Position numbers and translations under genes: made by a program. A model generated the notes under the pieces. That model was not told the DNA's origin and ran no database searches. It saw only the letters and a program-made list of their open reading frames with translations. Source: Mobula hypostoma (lineage: Eukaryota). Taken from it: a stretch of DNA of 64,000 nt. Within the stretch, counting starts at the first letter, position 1; the number at the start of each line of letters is the position of its first letter. Shown piece by piece: positions 48,607-61,445 of the stretch. The stretch lies in the NCBI RefSeq assembly GCF_963921235.1, contig NC_086097.1, forward strand, positions 18,912,001 to 18,976,000, written 5' to 3'.

Positions 48607-51600
48607 TTAGAACTCAAGTCTCTGGGGAGGCCTTCTCTGCCTCTCCGGGTAACGTCTGTCCTGAAATGTTTGCTTTGGGGAATTAGTCTTCGCAGGTACA
48701 TCAGGTGGGCCATCAGCACTGATGACAGGCTTATCTGTGGATGAGGCTGATGTGGTCACATCAGGAGTGTTTCCTTCTATGTCCGGGGAGTCCGGGCAAG
48801 GTGTTCTTGTGTTTTTCACCTGAGCATCCAGGATTTGGTCCACATGACGTCTCCATACATTCTCTCCAACCTCCACCATATACATCAGTGGCCTGTCTAT
48901 GGCGGAAATTGTACCCGGCTGCCACTTTTCAGTCTGGTAATCACGTGCAAGAACTGACTGTCCCACACTGAAGCTCTGTGTTGACTTAACATTCAAGTGT
49001 TTGAACTGTCTGTTCTCCGCATCACGCCGTACATTTGGTTTGAGAAGATCCATGTGGGACCTCAGGTTTCTGTTCAGAAACATCATCGCTGGAGTCTGGT
49101 TAGTGGTTGCATGTACTGCATTATGATAGACAAGGAGGAAGTTATCTATCTTGTGTTGCAGTGGTCGATTTTCACTGTCCATTGACTTGATGGCTTTCTT
49201 GAATGTCTGCACAAATCTTCCTGCCAAGCCATTTGTGGATGGATGGTAAGAGGCAGATGTAAAGTGCTTGATTCCATTGTTCTTCACAAGACTTTGGAAT
49301 TCTTTAGAGACAGATTGTCATCCATTGTCTGTGCAGATTTGTTCTGGTATGCCATTCCTGGCCCTCAGAACTGTAATGGTCTTTTCCGATGTGGTTGCCT
49401 TCACTATGATGACCTCTGGCCATTTGGAAATGTGCATCGACGGCGATTAAAAAGATAGAGCCATGAATGGTCCAGCAAAGTCGATGTGCACTCGTTGCCA
49501 TGGCGATGAGGGCCACTCCCACGGATGGAGAGGGGCTTGTGGTGGCGTGTTCTGGATCTTTAGACATCCAGAGTAGTTCTTGGTTATGTCCTCAAACTGT
49601 TTATCGATTCCTGGCCACTACATATAGGCACAGGCCTGACCTTTCATCTTCACGGTACCCAGGTGACCCTCATGCAGTTCCTCCAGCACTCTGGTGCGTA
49701 GCTTGGGAGGAATCACAACTCGTGAGCCACACATTAGTGTTCCCTGACACACTGACAACTGCTCATTCCTCGCTGAGAAGGCTGGACACAGTGTGTTACC
49801 CCGCGTTGGCCATCCCTTTCCCGTGACAACATAGGGTCATTGCGTGTTTCTCTTTCAATGAGGCTGTTTGTCACTGGTAATTGTTCAACTATTGTTGTGT
49901 GAAAGACCTCTGCTGAATCCATTTGTGTAGTTATCTCTGAAGTCGGCAGTGGTAAACGTGACAACCCATCTGCGTTGCCGTGTTGCTTGGTCCCCTTGTG
50001 TTCAATGTCATACATGTGACCTCCTGAGAAAAGAGACCATCGCTGCAGCCTTTGCGCTGTCATCACTGGAAAGCCTTTTTCTTTGGTTGAAGATTGACAC
50101 GAGAGGCTGATGGTCAGTCAACAGAGTAAACTTTTGACCATACAGGTGGTGACTGAATTTCTTGATTCCCCACACGAGGCTTAGGGCCTCTCTGTCAATC
50201 AGTGCGTAGTTGTGTTCAGCTGAAGTTAGCGTTCTTGAGGCAAAGGCTATTGGTCTTTCTGCGCCATCTGGAAAATTGTGCAATAACACAGTTCCTATCC
50301 CTTGGGGTGAGGCATCACAAGCCAGTCAGATTGGTAAGGAGGGTCAAAATGCACGAGCACCCCTTCCGAAGTTATGAGTCTTTTAGTTTCTTGAAATGCT
50401 TTCTCACATCTCTCATTCCACTTCTATTGTGTCCCTGTCTGTAATAGTGCGTTTAGTGGGTGTAGGACTGTGGATAAGTTAGGCAAGAACTTGTGGTAAT
50501 AGTTCACTAATCCAAGGTATGCTCTCAGCTGAGACACATTTTCAGGTGGCGGTGCCTTAAGCACTGCTTCCATCTTGTCTTGAGACATGTGTAAGCCATC
50601 CTTGTTGATCACACGCCCACAGTATGAAATTTCCTTTTTGAAAACCTCACATTTCTGTCAATTAGCTCTGAACCCATATTCTTGTAACCTGGTGAGCACT
50701 TGTTCAAGGTTAGAAAGATGTTCGTCGTCATCTTTGCCGGTGACAATGACGTCATCCACGTATCACTGCGTCCTTGGAATCCCCTGCAGGACCTGGTCCA
50801 TTGCCCTTTGCCAGATTGCAGGAGCTGATGCTATCACAAACACCAATCTGTTGTACTGGTAAATTCCTTTATGTGTATTTATTGTCAGGTATTTCTTGGA
50901 TGTTTCACCGATTTCCATTTGGAGATAAGCCTGGGACAAATCAATTTTTGTAAACATTCCCCTCCTGACAGGGAAGCAAAGATGTCCTCAATACGAGGTA
51001 GAGGATACTGTACTGTGTGGAGAACTGGGTTAACAGTCACTTTAAAGTCTCCACATATACACACCTTGCTTGGTTTTCCTGGTTTTGTGCTGGAGGTTTT
51101 CTTCATCACTGGAACAATAGGCATGGCCCAGCCACTCCAATCCACCTTTGACAGGACCCCAGTCTGCTCCAGATTTTTCAGCTCGGCCTCTACTGTAGGA
51201 TGGATTGCATATGGCACTGGTCTGGCTTTGTGAAATTTTGAAAATGCATTTTCCTCAATCTCAATCTTTGCCTTCATGCCCTGAAGTGTTCCTATTCCTT
51301 TCAGGAACACTTCCTCAGAGTCAGCAAGTATTTGTGACAGTCTCTCGGATGTAGCCTTGCCTCCCTTCTTTGATGACATATTTAGTGCCTTGACGGTGTA
51401 CCAATCCAACTGGATTTTCCTGAGCCATTCACGTCCCAGCAACGGTGGTTCTCCATTTTTCAGTACATAGAGGTTCACCTGCTGTGCTTTGTCTCTGTGG
51501 GTCACTGTCCCTTTAATTTTACCTTTGGGACGCACTCTCTATCCTGTACAGGTCTTTAGCAGCACTTTAGTTTGTTTCAGAGTACGTGAGAAAACAGTCA

Positions 51601-52194
51601 TTTGTAGTCATGTACATAGATCACTGTTAAAGCTGAGCCTGTGTCCAACTCCATTTTCAATCTCACGCCTGCCACTTCTGGAGTGATCCATATTACTCTT
51701 CAATCATCTGTCTCTTTCACGCTGTGAAGTTGCAGACAAGACTTTTGTCTGAGTCATTTTCATCAGAACTGCTTTCTTTCATTTTGTGTACATTGTTATA
51801 TTTTCCTTTCTGGGGTTTCTTGCTTCTCTATATTTTGTCCTTTTTCTGCTGTTTACTAGCTCTGCCAGTGTGGCCCTGTTTGCCACAGTTTCTGCATTCT
51901 TGGTCTTTAAACCAACAGTCATCTGGGTCATGTGACATGTTCCCACAATGGTAACATTTCTTTCCTTCATTTCTGTTCAGTGACATTTTATTTGTAGCAT
52001 AATCCAGAGATTTTTATTGTATCTCTGAAGCACCCCGTGCTGCTGTTTCCAATGATATTGCAATGTTCAGCGCCTTCTCTAATGCAAGGTCTTTTTTTTT
52101 TACACAGGAGCTTCTTCCATGTGGTTTCACGGTGCATGCCACACACTAACCTGTCCCTCGGTGCGTCTGATAGACCAGCTCCAAACTGACAATA
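48607..52194 (-). pseudogene. Gypsy gag C-terminus and pol, multiply disrupted
   Basis: Two zinc knuckles (CYHCGNMSHDPDDC, CRNCGKQGH), MELDTGS protease, YPLPRIED and YVDD RT, RPIAFASRTL..TDHQPL RNase H, YHPSTNGLA integrase. Confidence 0.93.
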
Positions 52195-52346
52195 GAACGA
52201 TAGAACGATAGAACACCACAGCACAGAGAAAAGGCCACTCGGCCCTTCTAGTTTGTGCCAAAACTTTATTCCGCTAGTCCCATTGATCTGCACCCAGTCC
52301 ATAATCCTCTAGACCTCTCCCATCCATGTATCTATCCAATTTATTC

Positions 52347-55139
52347 TTAAAACTTAAGAGTAAGCCCGTATTTACCACAGCAGATGGCAGCTCGTTCCAT
52401 ACTCCCACCACTCTGAGTGAAGTTCCCCCTAAACCTTTCCCCTTTCACCCTGAAGCCATGTCCTCTCATATTTATCTCAACTAATCTAAGTGGCAAGAGC
52501 CTACTCGCATTTACTCTGTCTATACCCCTCACAATTTTGTAAACCTCTATCAAATCCCCCCTCATTCTTCTACGCTCCAAGGAATAAAGTCCTAACCTGT
52601 TCAATCTTTCCCTGTAATTCAACTCCTGAAGACCTGGCAACATTCCAGTAAATTTTCTCTGCACTCTTTCAATCTTACTGATATCCTTCCTATAGTTAGG
52701 TGACCAGAACTGCACACAATACTCCAAATTTGGCCTCACCAATGTCTTATACAACCTCACCATAACATCCCAACTCTTATACTCAATACTTTGATTTATG
52801 AATGCCAGGATGCCAAAAGCCTTCTTTACAACCCTGTCTACTTGTGATGCCACTTTCAGGGAATTATGTATCTGAACTTCCAGATCCCTTTGTTCCTCCA
52901 CACTCCTCAGTGCCCTAACCATTTACTGTGTATGTCCTACCTTGATTTGTCCTTCCAAAATGCAACATCTCACACTTGTCTGCATTAAATTCCATCTGCC
53001 ATTTTCTGGCCCATTTTTCTATCTGGTCCAGATCTCTCTGCAAGCTTTGAAAGCCTTCCTTGCTGTCCACAACGCCACTAATCTTAGTGTCATCAGCAAA
53101 CTTGCTGATCCAATTTACCATATTATCATCTAGATCATTGATATAGACAACAGACAACAATGGTCCCAGCACAGATCCTTGAGGCACACCACTAGTCACA
53201 GGCCTCCAGTCTGAGAAGCAATCATCCTCTACCACTCTCTGTCTTCTCCCACACAGCCAATTTCAAATCTAGTTTACGACCTCTCCGTGGATACCTAGTG
53301 TCTGAACCTTCTGAACTAACCTCCCATGTGGGACCTAGTCAAAGGCCTTACTAAAGTCCATGTAGACAATATCCACAGCCTTTCCTTCATCTACTTCCTT
53401 GGTAACCTCCTCAAAAAACTCTACAAGATTCGTTAAACATGATCTACCATGCACAAAGCCATGCTGACTATCCTTAATCCGCCCTTGGCTGTCCAAATAC
53501 TTGTATATCCAATCTCTCAGAACACCTTCCAATAATTTACCTACTACTGATGTCAGGCTCACCGGCCTGTAATTACCTGGTTTACTTTTGGAGCCCTTTT
53601 TGAACAACAGAACAACATGAGCTACCCTCCAATCCTCCGGCACCGCACCTGTGGCTAAGGACATTTTAAATATTTCTGCCAGGGCCCCTGCAATTTCTAC
53701 ACTAGTCTCTCTCAAGATCCAAGGAAATATCATGTCAGACCTGGGGGATTTATCTACCTTTATTTGCTGTAAGGCAGCAAGCACCTCCTCCTCTTTAATC
53801 TCTATATGTTCCATGACACTACTGCTTGTTTCCTTTCCTTCCATATATACTCTGCCAGTTTCCTGGGTAAATACTGATGCAAAAGAACTGTTTAAGATCT
53901 CCCCCATCTCGTGAGGCTTCACACATAGACGACTACTCTGATCTTCTAGGGGACCAATTTTGTCCCTTACTATCCTTTTACTCTTAATATACTCATAGAA
54001 ACCCCTCGGGTTTACCTTCACACTATCTGCCAAAGCAACCTCATGTCTTCTTTTTGCCTTTCTGATTTCCTTCTCTAGTATTTTCTTACATTTTCTATAT
54101 TCTTCAAGTACCTCATTTGTTCTTTGTTGCCTATACCTGCTGTACACCTCTCTCTTTTTCTTAACCAGATCACCAATATCCCTTGAAAACCAAGGTTCCC
54201 TATGCCTGTTAAGTTTGCTTTTAATCCTGGCAGGAACATGCAAACTCTGCATTCTCAAATTTTCGCCTTTGTAGGCCTTCCACTTACTGAACATATCCTT
54301 GCCAGAAAACAATTTATCCCAGTCCACTCTTCCTAGATCCTTTCTCATTTCCACAGAATTGGCCCTTCTCCAATTTAGAACCTCAACTTGAGGACCAGAC
54401 CTATCCTTATCCATAATTAATTTGAAACTAATGACATTATGGTCCTGGACCCAAAATGTTCGCCTACACATAGTTCTGTCGCCTGACTTGTCTGGTTCCC
54501 TAATAGGAGATCTAGTATTGCATCCTGTCTCATAGGTACCTCTATATATTGACCTAGAAAACTTTACTGAACACATTTGACAAACTCCAAGCCATCTATC
54601 CCTTTCACACTGTGGAAGTCCCAGTCAATATGTGGAAAGTTAAAATCCCCTACTATTACAACTTCCTGTTTTTTTGCATCGGTCTGCTATCTCTCTACAG
54701 ATTTGCTCCTCCAATTCTCTCTGACTATTGGGCGGTCTATAATACAACCGTATTAGTGTGGTCACACCTTTTCCGTTCCTTAGCTCCAACCATATGGCCA
54801 CTGTAGATATGTCCTCCGGGCTGTCCTGTCTATGCACACCTGTGATATTTTCCCTGACTAGTAATGCCACTCTTCCCCTTTCATCCCTCCCCCTCTGTCA
54901 CGTCGGAAACAACGGAACCCTGGAACATTAAGCTGCCAGTCCTGTCCCTCCTGCAACTAAGTCTCACTAATAGCAATAATGTCATAATCCCATGTGCCAA
55001 TCCACGCCCTAAACTCATCTGCCTTACCTACAATACTCCTTGCATTGAAATAGATGCACCTGAGAACATTTCTATCATGTACAAACCTTTGATTTCCATC
55101 TATACATGCAGTTCTTGCTTGACCTTTATCCTCCTCCAC
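52347..55139 (-). pseudogene. CR1 ORF2 (endonuclease + RT), disrupted
   Basis: YFNARS..AISET*, YYRPP, KSPRSD, NYRPVSLTS, YMDFSKAFD*, PQGSVLGP, KFADDTK over five ORF fragments. Confidence 0.92.
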
Positions 55140-55183
55140 CTCACTATCTGCTCTAACACTCTGGTTCCCCTCCCCCCGTAAAT

Positions 55184-56125
55184 CTAGTTTAAACTCCCCA
55201 GAGCAGCACTAGCAAATCTACCTGCAAGGATGTTATTCCCCCTACAGTTCAGGTGCAACCCGTCCCGTCGGAACAGGTCCCACCTTCTCTGGAACAAAGC
55301 CCAGTTGTCCAGAAACATGAAGCCCTCCCTCCTGCACCAACTCCTTAGCCACGTATTCAGCTGCATTATCTTCCTATTTCTAGCCTCACTAGCACGTGGC
55401 ACGGGTAGCAATCCTGAGATTGCAACCATGGAGGTCCTGTCCTTCAACTTTGCACCTAACTCCCTAAACTTTCTTTGCAGGACCTCCTCCTCCTTCCTAT
55501 ACACATCATTGGTCCCTACATGGACCACAACATCTGGTTGCTCACCCTTCCTCCTGAGAATACCGAGAACTCGATCCGAGATATCGCGGACCCTGGCACC
55601 AGGGAGGCAACAGACCATCCGGGATTCTCGATCTCTCCCACAGAACCTCTTATCTGTCCCCCTAAATATCGAATCTCCCATCACTACTGCTCTCCTCTTT
55701 TCCGTCCTTCCCTTCTGAGCTGAGGGTCCAGTCTCGGTGCCAGAGATGCAACCACTGCAACTTGTCCCTGGTAGGTCGTCCCCACCAACGGTGTCCAAAA
55801 CGGTATACTTACTGTTGATGGGAATGGCCACAGGGGTACACTGCTCATTCCGTCTATTCTCCCTCCCTCTCCTGACAGTCACCCAGCTACCTACCTCCTG
55901 ACTTTTCGGGGTGACTGTCTCCCCGAAACTCCTGACTATTTCTGCCTCTGCTTCATGAATAATCCAAAGTTCATCCAGCTCCAGCTCCACTTCCCTAACT
56001 CGGTTTGTCAGGAGCTGCAGCTGGATGCACCTTTTACAGGTGTAGTCCTCAGGGACGATTGTGCTGTCCCTGACTTCCCACATACTGCATACAGAGCACT
56101 CGACTGCCCTAACTGCTGCCTCCAT
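55184..56125 (-). CDS. CR1 ORF1 protein: zinc finger/leucine zipper plus SGNH esterase (313 aa, open)
   Basis: CSVC..CKRC, heptad LQLLTNRVREVELEL, GDS, PGARVRD, HVGTND, DGLH blocks. Confidence 0.93.
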   Translation of the reverse strand: MEAAVRAVECSVCSMWEVRDSTIVPEDYTCKRCIQLQLLTNRVREVELELDELWIIHEAEAEIVRSFGETVTPKSQEVGSWVTVRRGRENRRNEQCTPVAIPINSKYTVLDTVGGDDLPGTSCSGCISGTETGPSAQKGRTEKRRAVVMGDSIFRGTDKRFCGRDRESRMVCCLPGARVRDISDRVLGILRRKGEQPDVVVHVGTNDVYRKEEEVLQRKFRELGAKLKDRTSMVAISGLLPVPRASEARNRKIMQLNTWLRSWCRREGFMFLDNWALFQRRWDLFRRDGLHLNCRGNNILAGRFASAALGSLN

Positions 56126-56491
56126 TACCTACTCCTAAGTTAATTAAATTAATTAAAGGAACTTACCCGGCCTTACCTCACCGGGAGCAGGCTCGTCCTC
56201 AGCCTCTGCTTGCCGAAGCCTCTCGAGCCAAAGCCTCAAAGCTCCACTCCTACCCTGAGCCACTCACACACTGGCCACTCCTCTTCAGTTACCCCTCCTT
56301 TTATTTTTCCCGGCCAATTATCTCAAGTAGTCATTCCCTCTAATCAACTAATCAACACTATATTTAACCCTTCATTTGCCCTCCACACTCCTTTTAAAGC
56401 ACACTTACCTCAGCTCCTCAGCTGCTTCCCAGAACTCAGCGCTCTCCCCAGCCCTCGCTCCTCCTGCTGCGACGGTCCCACGATCACACGG

Positions 56492-56826
56492 TTCTGATAA
56501 TTTGTGCAATTCAGCACAATATTCAGAAATGCTTTCATTTTTGCTCTGATTCTGTTTGTGAAATTTAAATCTTTCAGCAATGACCAGTGGCTTGGGGTTT
56601 AAATGCTGTTGGAGAGGGTCTACTATTTGCTTGAGCGTTTTGTCAGCTGACTTTTCAGGGGTTAACAAGCTCCGTAGCAGCCCGTATGTTTTTGCTTCCG
56701 TAAGACGCTGGCTTTCTTTTCATCATTAACACCGTTAGCATCACAATATAGCTCCACTCTTTCAATGTAAGTTACCCAGTTTTCAATGCAACAATCAAAT
56801 GCTGTAATGGTTCCAATCATCACCAT
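56492..56826 (-). pseudogene. Gypsy gag N-terminus
   Basis: MVMIGTITAFD..ENWVTYIERVELYCDANGV; HLNPKPLVIAERFKFHKQNQSKNESISEYCAELHKLSE. Confidence 0.88.
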
Positions 56827-57234
56827 CTTTGTTATGTTAATTTAGTCCCGTTTTTCCTTGTTTTCTTTTTAGCTAGCTCCTTGCAGTCACTGCACATGTA
56901 GTTTTTGCTAGCGCAATGACCACACTCCATTTAGATGCATGTGTCGCTCCTTTTCATCTCCCTTCTCTCTCTTCTCCAAGTGTCATTATCAACTAAAACA
57001 TGGTGTTCCGATAAAATGTAGGTTCATAACTCTTGTCACCCATTTGTTGTGTATGTGGCCTGTTTACACAACTATGTTATTAATAAAAACGCTGGAGATA
57101 GGAAGTAAGTTTCATGGTTCTTTACTGGTAGAATCTGAACGACACACACATACAGATCAATACGCACCTAATAGCACATGCAACGACATGCTACTAAAAC
57201 ATAAAGTAGTCCCTTATTATAATGTAAGCTATAC

Positions 57235-57536
57235 ATGTGTTGGCACGTGGCCAAGTGGTTAAGGTGTTCGTCTAATGATCTGAAGGTCGCTAGTTCGAGC
57301 CTTGGCTGAGGCAGCGTGTTGTGTCCTTGAACGAGACACTTAACCACACATTGCTCTGCGACGACACCAGTGCCAAGCTGTATGGGTCCTAATGCCCTTC
57401 CCTTGGACAACATCCGTGATGTGGAGAGGGGAGACTTGCAGCATGGGCAACTGCCGGTCTTCCATATAACCTTGCCCTGGAAACCTTCCAAGGCGCAAAT
57501 CCATGGTCTCACGAGACTAACGGATGCCTATATATA
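57235..57536 (+). mobile_element. tRNA/CORE-type SINE inserted near the outer end of the Gypsy 5' LTR
   Basis: A box TGGCCAAGTGG, B box AGTTCGAGC, GTGTCCTTGA..GACACTTAACC core; ATAC duplicated at 57231-57234 / 57537-57540. Confidence 0.88.
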
Positions 57537-57551
57537 ATACGATATGACTGG

Positions 57552-58900
57552 AAAATCGCAACTGTCATTCTATGCAGGGCAAGTCACTCTATACAAGGCA
57601 GGGTGGCAGAACACAGGAAAGTATAAGCCAGTTAGCCTGACTTCAATAGTTGGGAAGATGCTGGATGAGGTTTCAACATACCTGGAGGTACATAATAAAA
57701 TAGTCCAAAGGTCTGCATGGTTTCCTTAAGGGAAAAGCTTGCCTGACAAATCTGTTGGAATTCTTTGAGGAAATAAAAGGCAAGGTAGGCAAAGAAGAGT
57801 CAATGGATGCATTTACTTGGATTTTCAGAAGGCCTTTGAGAAGGTGCTGCATACAAGGCTGCTAAACATGATAAAAGCTCATGATGTTGCAGGGAAGATG
57901 CAAGCATTGATAGAAGATTAGTTGAAGAATGGAAATAAAGGGGGCTTTTTCTGGATGACTGCCAGTGATGGGACTGTTTCTTTTCACGTCATATGTCAAT
58001 GATCTGGATGATAGAATTGATGACTTTGTGGCCAAGTTTGTGAATGATACCAAGATAGCAAGAGGGGATGGTAGTGTTGGGGAGGCAGGGAGTCTGCAGA
58101 AGGACTTCGACAAGGAGAGTGGACAAAGAAGTGGCAGATGACATACAATATATGGAAGTGTATGGTCTTGCATTTTGATATAAGGAATAAAGGCACAGAC
58201 TATTTTCTAAATGAGAAGAAAATTCAGAAATCAGGGATATGAAGGGACTTGAGAGTTCTCATGGAGCAGGATTCCCTGAAGGTTAACTTGCAGGCTGAGC
58301 TGGTGGTAAGGAAGGCAAGTGCAATGTTAGCATTGTTTCAAGAGGGCTATAAATTAAAAAGCAAGGATGTAATGCTAAGGGTTTATAAGGCATTGTTCAG
58401 GCCACGTATGGAGTTTTGTGAGCAGTTTTGGGTCCCTTATCTAAGAAAAGATGTGCTGGCATTTCTGAGAATTCAGAGGATATTCACGAGTATGATCCCG
58501 GGGATGAAACGGGTTAACATATGAGGAGCATTCGAACAGGGTGGGGGGATATCATTGAAACTTAGCGAATATTGAAAGGCCTGGATAAAGTGGATGTGGA
58601 GAGGATGTTTTCTATAGTGAGGGTATCAAGGACTAAAGGAAAACAAGATGAGGGAGAATTCCTTTAGCCAGAGCGTAATGAATCTGTGCAATACATTGCC
58701 CCAGACAACCATAGATGGCCAAGTCATTGAGTATATTTAATAGGCTCTTGGTGTCAAAGTAAGGGTTTCAAAAGTTATTGGGAGAAGGCAGGAGAATGGG
58801 ATTGAGAGGAGTAATAAATCAGCCATGATTAATGGCAAAGCAGGCTTAATGGGCCAAATAACTAATTCTGTTCCAATATCTTATAGTCTGTTCTTATATT
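57552..58900 (+). mobile_element. Old CR1 hosting the Gypsy insertion (left stub ~48252-48282)
   Basis: Rejoined flanks read IDFAMVAEDW|KIATV, then GKYKPVSLTSIVGKML, YLDFQKAFEKV, RVYKALFRPRMEFC. Confidence 0.9.
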
Positions 58901-59249
58901 ATGAAGTTGCTTCCCCACTGTAAGAATTTACAAATGGGAGTCATACCTCCTACCCCGTCTCCCCTACCCTCCCTTCCTCCATCCACTTACTGCCCACTCT
59001 CACAGATTCCCGTAGCCTTTTGGTTAATCTGGAACCCCCAAGCTCCATGCATACAGCACACTGTATGTAAATTATCATAAAAGTTTGTTACAGCAGAAAA
59101 GAAAAAAAGTTAGTTCATTTCTATTTAAAAAGTTCTGCATATTATAATAATACTGTGAGAACCATTCCAATTATTAATTTATGTTGGAAATAATATTGAA
59201 CAATCTTTTCAATCCTGCTTAATTTATTCATTATACACCCATTTGTGGT

Positions 59250-60075
59250 TAGGTAACAAATGTCAGAGTAAATTTATTATAAGAAAAGTGCATACAGTAC
59301 GTGTCACCATATACAACCCTGAGGTTTGTTTTCTTGCGGGCATACTCAAGAAATTGAATAGTCTTAATAGAATCAATGAAAGACCGCATCAACGGGATGG
59401 ACAACCAGTGTGCAAAAACCAAGAGGTGGGGGTCTCTGATGATGGATGCTGCTTTCCTGCAAAAACATTCCTTGTAGATGTGTTCAATGGTGGGAAGGGT
59501 TTACCTGTGATGAGTGGATCTGTATTCCACTACTTATTGTAATAAGGAAACTAACTTGAGAAAAGCCTTTTCTTCAAAGCTCAGCAGTAATCCTCCTACT
59601 TGTATGGGCTGCAGCTGTGGGTCCCAGACACACTCCCTCCCACTCACCTCTGTCTATTTACAAAATTCTGTCCTTACTCTCCACAACCCTGCTCTCACCA
59701 CACTGTTACCAGCTCCCAAAAAGCATCTTCCTTCTCCCCACTCGCCTCAAGATTTAAGATTCGGAATTGCTTATTGTAATTCTTCAGTGCACATGTTAAA
59801 GAGAACAAAATGATTGTTACTCCAGATCCAATGCAGCATAAAAAAAAAGCACATTAAGCATACAGAACACAATTTAAAAAACACTATAAATATAAATGCA
59901 ATCCTATAAAACACAATGGACAAGTAACTGTTATATACATAGACTGATCTGATTGTATGTACATAAATTGACACTAGGTGATGTGTATGCCGTGTTGAAG
60001 TGGATTAATGGATGGAGGTGTTGATCAGCCTGATGGCTTAGAGAGAAGTAACTGTTTTTGAGTTTAGTGGTTCTT
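59250..60075 (-). mobile_element. Two antisense Rex1-type 3' fragments (~59250-59540, ~59755-60075)
   Basis: CAGAGTAAATTTATTAT tail, GATGATGGATGCTGCTTTCCTGC, GTTGATCAGCCTGATGGC..AAGTAACTGTTTTTGAGT. Confidence 0.65.
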
Positions 60076-60224
60076 TTCCCCCCTCAAAAACTTCTTCCCT
60101 GTGCCCACTCCAAAAAACTGTCTTTCCTCTCCCCATTACCAAAAAACTCCTCCCACTTTTTCTGTCCTCAAGGCCTCTCCCCACCCCTAGCTACCACCTT
60201 CTCATTTCTGTCAGTCAGCTGTGA

Positions 60225-60404
60225 CTCAGATCAACCTGGAGATGGGCAGCTCTGGCCTGACTCCTCAACACAAATGACTAGCCGATTCCAGCAGCACATG
60301 CTGCAAATTCTGCTCCATCCACCAGGAACAAAATTTCCCAGTAGCTAACTATTTTAATTCCAATTCCCATTCTTGTTCTGACATGCCTTGTCTTGTTATG
60401 AGTA
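60225..60404 (+). mobile_element. Penelope-like remnant, left part (resumes at 63822)
   Basis: SIHQEQNFPVANYFNSNSHSCSDM matches the GIY-YIG C-terminus at 16003-16532. Confidence 0.7.
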
Positions 60405-61124
60405 TGTTATGTTTTGTAAGCCCAAAACATTAAACTACTTCAAAGGAAAACAAGAGAGCCAAAAGATGCAAGTCTTAAGTTTGGTCTTTAAACAAGGTCC
60501 GCACAAATCATATGGTAACACAATGAAGTATGCAATTCACATATTTATACATATAACCTGTAATTAATTATTTAAATGAACTAGAATGCTTAATCAACCA
60601 ATATATATACAAAATTACACAAATATTACTGAAATATTAAATACACAATGCTCCTCTCTGCTTAGCTATAAACTCTAAATCAATATTGAATGTATCTCAA
60701 CTATATACACAGTATACTATACAATAAAATTGCTGTACAGACATCCATATTAGAGTAAATTTTAAATTGTCCCATTCAGGCCTAAATATTTAATTGCAGT
60801 GAGGATTTCTTACTCTTGTGGGATACCATCTTTCCTGACAAGGGAGGTCACTGTAGGCAGGCTAGCCTTGTGTGTGCTAAAACAACATTAGGTTCTGGGT
60901 CCTCCTTGGTGGCAGTAGGAGTTGACTCAAGAACTGCAATAAGTGTCTCTGACAGCTCTGGATGCCTTTCTTCTCCTTTTCTCGGCATTTCTTTCTGGAT
61001 CTGTTTCGATCCTTGCTTCCCTCATTCTCAACTTCCTGTCTTTCTTTTTCTCATTTTCCCTTTTCTTCTTCTAGTTTCTTGTGAGTATCTCTGAATTTGA
61101 TAATTTCAAGAATTCTTTTTGTGG

Positions 61125-61445
61125 CGTATGATGTGAGCGATCATGGTCCATGACAAGACTGTTCTTGGCAAATCTTTCGCCAGAAATGGTTTGCCATTGC
61201 CTTCTCCTGGGCAGTATCTTTAGAAGAAGGATGACCCCAGTCATTATCAATACTCTTCAGAGACTGTCTGTCTAGAGTCAGTTGTTGCACCAGCTGCTCA
61301 TTTGACCATCCACCACCTATCCCATGGCAATCACATGACCCTGATCGGGGGAGATAAGCAGGTGCCACACTTTCCTGCAGGCTAGTGGAGGGAAGGGGTG
61401 TCTTACATGTCCTTTGGTAGAGGTGTATCTCTAAACTGCCACCTA
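61125..61445 (-). mobile_element. RTE-related SINE-like insertion
   Basis: Minus strand GGAGAAGGCAATGGCAAACCATTTCTGG..TTTGCCAAGAA resembles the BovB-type GGAAATGGCAACCCACTCCAGTATTCTTGCC block. Confidence 0.6.

Larger units (their letters stand above)
52195..56491 (-). mobile_element. Full-length ~4.3-kb CR1 inserted in Gypsy gag
   Basis: 5' UTR, intact ORF1, ORF2 in pieces (55139 to 52347), (ATAGAACG)n tail; gag reads LHKLSE|YCQFG across the insertion, no TSD seen. Confidence 0.95.
48283..57546 (-). mobile_element. Decayed Gypsy LTR retrotransposon (Mag-type) with nested CR1 and SINE
   Basis: 198-bp 3' LTR 48283-48480 (TG..CA), 5' LTR from 57045, PPT at 48481-48492, degenerate PBS at ~57030-57044, TSD ACTGG at 48278-48282 and 57547-57551, order gag-PR-RT-RH-IN. 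Confidence 0.95.

Noticed and set aside
55230..55718. Plus-strand ORFs overlapping CR1 (also 43547-43951, 45085-45525, 63207-63488)
   Set aside because: Antisense shadows of CR1 ORFs
57241..57310. tRNA gene (also ~21580-21650)
   Set aside because: A/B boxes continue into a SINE core and tail with TSD; no complete cloverleaf
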